DNA from: a virus
Length of the DNA: 64,000 bases
Virus record (IMG/VR): IMGVR_UViG_3300045988_084999
Strand: one strand, 5' to 3'
Below are positions 58,417 through 64,000 of the stretch, piece by piece. The position numbers and the translations under genes are program-made. Below the pieces are notes generated by a model. It searched no databases. It saw nothing but the letters and a program-made list of their open reading frames with translations, and was not told the DNA's origin. Every line of letters begins with the position of its first letter. Within the stretch, counting starts at the first letter, position 1.

Positions 58417-59487
58417 ATGAGTATAAAAGGAGATGACAGTATGATAAAATTAGATTATACTATTGAGTCTCCAGAAGAACGGAAGGCGCTTGTCGAAAAA
58501 ATAATCGCAGAAAATCCGAACCTTAGTTCGAGTTATTTAGAAATATTAGCAGATTATTTAGTTCTATGTATGGAAAAGCAAGAGAAGAAAGAAAAGAATA
58601 TATTAACAGATAATAGAATGGCTACTGTTAATAAAAGAGAATGTTCTTTCGAAGGGCTTGCGTCATAGATGGAAAATGGCGAGGATGGCATTTATGGTTT
58701 AATGTCAGAAAATAAAAATGTTATATTTTAGCCAAAGATTTCTATTACACAGAAAGATTTAGATACTATACCATGTTTAAAATAGTTGAGAGAAACCATT
58801 AATGTCTGGGAGGGCGCTTTAAAACGCGCTGCTGGGACAAAATAGGCATATATGATGAAAAAAGCATTAATAGAGATGCGAAAAGATTAGTATATCATTA
58901 AGCAAGCATATTAGAAACCTATTATACCATGTAAATTAACGAGATCCGTAAGAACTCATATTCCTCTTGATGATTAGAGTTATCTTAATGGACAGGAGGT
59001 AGTAGTAAAGGGTATTTCGCTAATGGACGCCAATGTTGTTTCTGCTATTTTATGCAATTATTCAAAATTAAAAGAAGATAGTTATGATTAGTTTGAGGGA
59101 GATACATGGTATTTAATTCAATCATTTGAAGAAATATGTGATAAAGCTCTCAAAGACTTTCCAATCTATTTACGAATTGTTGAACTCAAAATTGATAAAA
59201 AGTAGAATAACGAAATATAGGAAATATTAAAAAATGAGTTTGGTAAAACATATAGCGTTGAATATATTTCTAGCCTATGGAGAAATAAGATTCCTAAACT
59301 CATTGCGGAAGAAGCTTTAGAAGATTTTTTACGTTGGTAGTATAAACAAAAAGGATACCCAATGAAAAAATGTTCTAAGTGTGGGCAATTAAAGCCAGCC
59401 CATAATCAATTCTTTTCAAAGAATAAGACAAGTAAGGATAATTTGTATAGTATCTGTAAGCGCTGTCGCAATAAGAAAAGAGGTTGA
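58417..59487 (+). CDS. Late-operon hypothetical protein with C-terminal zinc ribbon; about 12 in-frame TAGs; ends at TGA
   Basis: The frame of ORF 58417..58668 is continuous through the TAGs to …CSKCGQLKPAHNQFFSKNKTSKDNLYSICKRCRNKKRG-TGA. Sigma-A-like promoter (TTGACA…) at about 58391. Confidence 0.4.
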
Positions 59488-59493
59488 TTATAA

Positions 59494-60663
59494 ATGAGCC
59501 ATTATTGTAAAAAATGTGGTAAAACTATGGATGATAAATAGTTTTATACATCAAAAAATTTAGAGAAGTATCCTCCAGATGGAAAGATGGATATTTGTAA
59601 AAAGTGTCTTACTATGCACGTAGATAACTGGGATCCAGAAACTTATAAATGGATTTTATAGGAGATTGACGTTCCATATATTAAAGAAGAATGGAATGGT
59701 TTATTGGAGAAATATGGAAAAGATCCAAAGAAAGTTACTGGATTAACTATTATTGGACGCTATTTATCTAAAATGAAATTAAAGCAATGGAATAAATACA
59801 CTTGGGCAGATACAGAAACGCTAGAGAAAGATTCCATTGATAAAAAAGTTCTTAATATGAAGGCTCAAGGATTTACAGAAGATGAAATTCAAGAGCAGTT
59901 GTCTATTGATAGAACTCCTCCAAAACCAAAAGAATTAGAGGATGTTTAGGCCCCTGTAGGAACTCCAGAATATGAAGATCCAGAGGAAGATGATGATTTT
60001 GGTGATTAGCTAACCGAAGAAGATAAATTAGTATTACGTCTTAAATGGGGCCGCGGATATTCTTGGGAAGAAAGAGTAAGAATGGAGCAGCTTTATAATG
60101 ATATGATGAGTTCTTATGATATTCAAGGAGCAGGTCATAAAGATACTCTTATTATGGTATGTAAAGCTAGTTTAAAAGCAAATTAGTTAATTGATGCTGG
60201 AGATATTGATGGCTTTTAGAAGATGCAAAAAGCCTATGATAGTTTAATGAAAAGCGGCAAATTTACGGCTGCTTAGAACAAAGGCGAATCCGGTGAATTT
60301 GTAGATTCAATAGGTGAATTAGTAGCCCTTTGTGAAAGAGAGGGTTTTATTCCTAGATATTATACGGAAGGGCCACAAGATAAAGTAGATAGAACTCTTT
60401 AGGATTTACAGCAATATACTCATACTCTAGTTACAGAGGAAATGAATCTTGGTAATATGATCGAAGCTTCGTTAAGAGAAATAGTTAAAGACAGAGAACG
60501 CGAGGCAAATATTGATGTTGAAGATAGCGATGAGGATGAAGATTTATTTAATTACGAGCATCCAGAATTAACAGAAGAAGATTATCAAGAGTATGAAGAT
60601 ATGAAAGAGTCGGAAAGAGACAAAGATGAGGAAATGTTAAATAATATATTAAAGGAGGTTTAA
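59494..60663 (+). CDS. Hypothetical late protein (possible terminase small subunit or packaging accessory) with multiple in-frame TAGs
   Basis: MSHYCKKCGKTMDDK-TAG-FYTSKNLEKY… is in frame with ORF-track pieces 59704..59949 and 60442..60663. Confidence 0.35.
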
Positions 60664-60666
60664 TAT

Positions 60667-62412
60667 ATGGCATTAAAAGATTTATTAAACCTTTCAAATA
60701 ATAATAAGAAAATTGGTCTTTCCGAAGAAAGAGTTCGTGCGATAATTCCAGCAGCAAGATAGTATATAGCTTTTTGGAGAGAATATCCAGATATGTTTAT
60801 TGACTTTTTGTAGACCGGCGGAGACGAGACAAGAAAAAAAGAAATTAATTTTTATTTTTATTAGAGAGTTTTCTTGCGGGCGGCCATGAGATATAAGTAT
60901 GTATACATGGTATTTCCCCGTGCTTATTCTAAGTCATTCTTATCAGTAATGGTACTTATGTGTAGATGTATATTATATCCTGGATGTAAGCTATTCATTA
61001 CTTCTGGCGGAAAAGAATAGGCAGCAGGTATTGCAAAAGAAAAAGTCTAGGAAATTTGTAATGCGATTCCCGCACTTTAGAGAGAGATTGATTGGCGAAG
61101 AGGTAAGACTTAGGAAGGAAAAGATTATTGTAAGTATATCTTCAAAAATGGATCTTATTTTGACAACGTCGCGGCTAGAGAATCTTCTCGTGGTAAGCGT
61201 AGACATGGAGGATTAATTGAGGAGTGCGTTGGTGTAGATGGAGATATTTTAAATGAAGTTTTAATCCCTCTAATGAACGTTGATAGAAGATGTTTAGACG
61301 GATCTGTTCATGAAGAAGAAACACTTAATAAATCTTAGATTTATGTAACTACTGCGGGGTGGAAAAACACATTCCCATATAATAAGTTGATTACTTTGCT
61401 AGTGCGCATGATACTAGAACCCGAAAAGAGTATTGTAATGGGCGGAACATGGAGAATTCCTGTGCTAGTGGGATTGCAATCCCGCAACTTTGTATAGGAG
61501 TTAAAACAAGATGGTACATTTAATGAAGCATCATTTGATAGAGAGTATGAATCTAAATGGAGTGGCACCGTAGAAGATGCCTTCTTTAATGGTGATGCTT
61601 TTGATAGAAGTAGAAAATTGCTTTAGCCTGAATATGAATCTTCCGGGCGCTCTTCTGCTCAAGCATATTATGTTCTTTCTGTTGATGTAGGAAGAAAGAA
61701 ATGTCAATCTGTTGTATGTGTATTTAAAGTAACCCCTCAGTCTCAAGGACCAGCGATTAAGTCTCTTGTTAATATATATACTATGGATGATGAACATTTT
61801 GAAGATTAGGCAATTAAGCTAAAAAGATTATATTATGATTATAAAGCTAAAATTATTGTTATTGACGGTAATGGACTTGGTGCTGGATTGATGGATTATA
61901 TGGTTAAACCACAAATAGTGCCAGATACCAATGAAGTTTTTCCTGATTTTGGTGTAGCTAATGATGAAGATGGAGAATACAAACGATTTAGAACAGATAA
62001 TACAGAATATGATGCTATTTATGAAATTAAGGCAAATGCGCCAATTAATACCGAAGCCCATAGCAATGTTTAGACATAGTTGCGGGCTGGAAAGTTAAGA
62101 TTTTTAATCGACGAAAAAGTTGCTAGAAATAAATTACTTGGTACCAAGAAAGGTCAAGCCATGAAACCAGAAGAGCGGGCAGAATATTTAAAACCATTCA
62201 CTTTAACTTCTATATTAAGAGAAGAAATGCTAAATTTGCGAGAAGAAAATGAGGGTGTAAATATTATTTTAAAACAGGCAAATAAGTCTGTGCCCAAAGA
62301 TAAATTCTCTGCGCTTGAATATGGATTATATTATATTAAATAGGAAGAAGATAGTAAACGCAAGCGTAAAAGTAGAAGATTTTCAGATTTTATGTTTATG
62401 AGTGAGGTGTGA
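60667..62412 (+). CDS. terL: Terminase large subunit with about 14 in-frame TAGs; ends at TGA
   Basis: A single frame was verified codon-by-codon from ATG 60667. It has an ATPase Walker A-like motif VFPRAYSKSF, a nuclease-domain motif KIIVIDGNGLGAGLMDYM, and the DNTEYDAIYEIKANAP… segment. ORF-track pieces 61888..62073 and 62080..62343 lie in this frame. Confidence 0.65.
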
Positions 62413-62415
62413 GAT

Positions 62416-62772
62416 ATGAAGGCCAGTCGTGGAGAAATTAAAATTCATGAGATATTAGAGCAAAATGGCATGAACTTTAAAGAAGAGTATGAGTTTCCTG
62501 GGCTGAAAGCACCAAGTGGTAGGCCACTTCGTTTTGATTTTGCTGTTTTTGATGATGATGGAAATCTTGATTTTTTAATTGAGTATCAGGGTAAATAGCA
62601 TTATTAGGCTGTTAGTAAATTTGGTGGAAATAGAGGATTATACCAATAGAAATATAATGATAATCAAAAGCGTAGATTTTGTGCATTAAAAGGTATTACC
62701 CTCATTGAAGTTCCCTATACGGAGGAAAATATCATCTCTTATGATTATTTAATGAGTAAAGCTGGATATTAA
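62416..62772 (+). CDS. Small PD-(D/E)xK-like (Vsr/DUF559-like) nuclease with 3 in-frame TAGs
   Basis: …RFDFAVFDDDGNLDFLIEYQGK-TAG-HY… is in frame with ORF 62416..62598. Confidence 0.35.
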
Positions 62773-62789
62773 CACCTGGAGGTGATATT

Positions 62790-64000
62790 TTGTTAAAACG
62801 TCGATAGGAAGAAATAAGAGCTAAAGGTTTTGATCTACTAGATCGAGGTATTATTACTCGTTATCAATAGGAAGAAGATTTTTTGAACTATGATACTGTT
62901 GATTATGCAAAAATGCGAGTTGGATTACGGTCTGTGGATGATGCGCTTATTAATCTAGGCACATATAAAAAGATAAATAGAAATTATGGAGATAAAAAGT
63001 TTGTATTAAATGCTATTTATAAGCATGATTACAAGACTTTAAGAGAGATTTCTAATTACTTTTATGAAAGTAGCGGTATTTATTATAGATTATGTAAATA
63101 TTTAGCCTTCTTATATAGATTTGATTGGTATATTACTCCATACACAGTAGACGCGTAGAAAGATAAAGATAAGCTATTGAAAGATTTTTCAAAGGTCTTG
63201 CTTTACCTTGATAAATCTAGTGTGAAGAGAATGCTTGGAAATATATCATTAGATATTATTAAAGAAGGAGCTTATTATGGTGTAATTGTTGATTTTGGAG
63301 ATAGATTTGCAATTTAGAAATTACCAGCTTCATATTGCAGAAGTAGATATTTCTAGGGCCCTAATCCAATAGTAGAATTAAATCTTTAGTTTTTTGACAC
63401 TTATTTTGCCAATCCGCAGTATAAAATCTAGATATTAAAGATTTTTCCACAGGACATTCAAAAGGCATATATTCTTTATAAACAGGGAAAATTAAAAGGG
63501 GATTATCCAGGTGATACTACTGTATGGTATCCACTAGATCCTAGTATTTCTGTAAAGTTTAGTCTAAATGATAATGAATTTCCTTTTCTAGCTGGGGTTA
63601 TTCCTTCTATTATTGATTTGGATCAAGCGCAAGAATTAGATCGTCAAAAGACAATGCAACAATTATTAAAAATTATTATTTAGAAGTTGCCTCTTGATAA
63701 AAATGGAGATTTGATTTTTGATGTTGATGAAGCAAGGGATATTCATAATAATGCTGTAACTATGTTAAAACGAGCTATTGGTGTAGATGTATTAACAACT
63801 TTTGCAGATATTGAAAAAATTGATACAAAAGATAATAATTCTAATACAACGACAGACGATTTGGAAAAAGTTGAACGTACAGTTTATAATAACTCAGGTG
63901 TAACTCATAATTTGTTTAATGCAGATGGCAATATTGCAGTTACAAATTCTATTTTGACAGATGAATCTAGCGTAAGAGATATTCCTCTCATGTTTACAGA
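62790..64000 (+). CDS. Portal protein (partial; continues beyond the window end), TTG start after GGAGGTGA, with multiple in-frame TAGs
   Basis: The frame of ORF 62883..63158 extends through the TAGs to the window end (…GVIVDFGDRFAI-TAG-KLPASYC…TVWYPLDPSISVKFSLNDNEFPFLAGVIPSIIDLDQAQELDRQKTMQQ…). It follows terL directly. Confidence 0.5.

Overview
This window is about 64 kb of a large, AT-rich tailed-phage (or prophage) genome. The host is probably a low-GC Gram-positive (Firmicute-like) bacterium: genes carry strong AAGGAGG ribosome-binding sites, promoters are sigma-A type TTGACA/TG-n-TATAAT, and there is a SpoVT/AbrB homologue. Almost all genes from 1 to ~58.3 kb lie on the minus strand, and a plus-strand late operon (TerL, portal) begins at ~58.4 kb. 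The main points are:

- **TAG recoding.** TAG is read through as a sense codon, consistent with genetic code 15 (TAG to Gln). In-frame TAGs join adjacent ORF-track fragments in the tail-fibre, terminase, portal, GIY-YIG, FolD, Ung and AAA-ATPase genes, and occasionally in early genes. Genuine stops are TAA or TGA. A CUA-anticodon suppressor tRNA closely resembling the phage's own tRNA-Gln is encoded at ~14.5 kb.
- **tRNA array.** About 35 minus-strand tRNA and tRNA-like genes lie between 13.4 and 33.0 kb. Besides the suppressor they include an initiator-like tRNA, a tRNA-His with an encoded G-1, atypical type I tRNA-Leu and type II tRNA-Cys, a tRNA-Asp split by a 468-nt ORF-containing insertion in the anticodon loop, a 120-nt tRNA with an internal insertion, and several truncated or 8-nt-loop tRNA-like genes. 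All tRNA coordinates are by eye, about +/-2 nt.
- **Candidate vault-like module.** An 813-aa homologue of eukaryotic major vault protein (8853-11294) lies next to a 506-aa TROVE+vWA protein of the Ro60/TEP1 type (11706-13226) and two atypical tRNA-like RNAs. I consider this the most novel feature: a candidate phage-encoded vault- or Ro-RNP-like ribonucleoprotein system.
- **Accessory enzymes.** These include an NAD+ salvage/reconstitution cluster (PRPP-synthetase-like, NAMPT-like, nicotinamidase) and RNA-repair/tRNA-metabolism enzymes: an RNA-ligase-like protein, a metallophosphoesterase, a nucleotidyltransferase, two DEDD exonucleases, Pth2 and CYTH. There are also a PARG-like macrodomain, FolD, Ung, a HAD nucleotidase and GIY-YIG homing endonucleases.
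- **Repeats and regulatory sites.** These comprise a replication-origin-like iteron block beside a Rep-like gene, an operator-like quadruple direct repeat, an array of seven CCGATCGG palindromes in the largest non-coding stretch, and a family of about seven intergenic cassettes (TTGCACAA..TTGTGCAA inverted repeat plus GC-rich hairpin).
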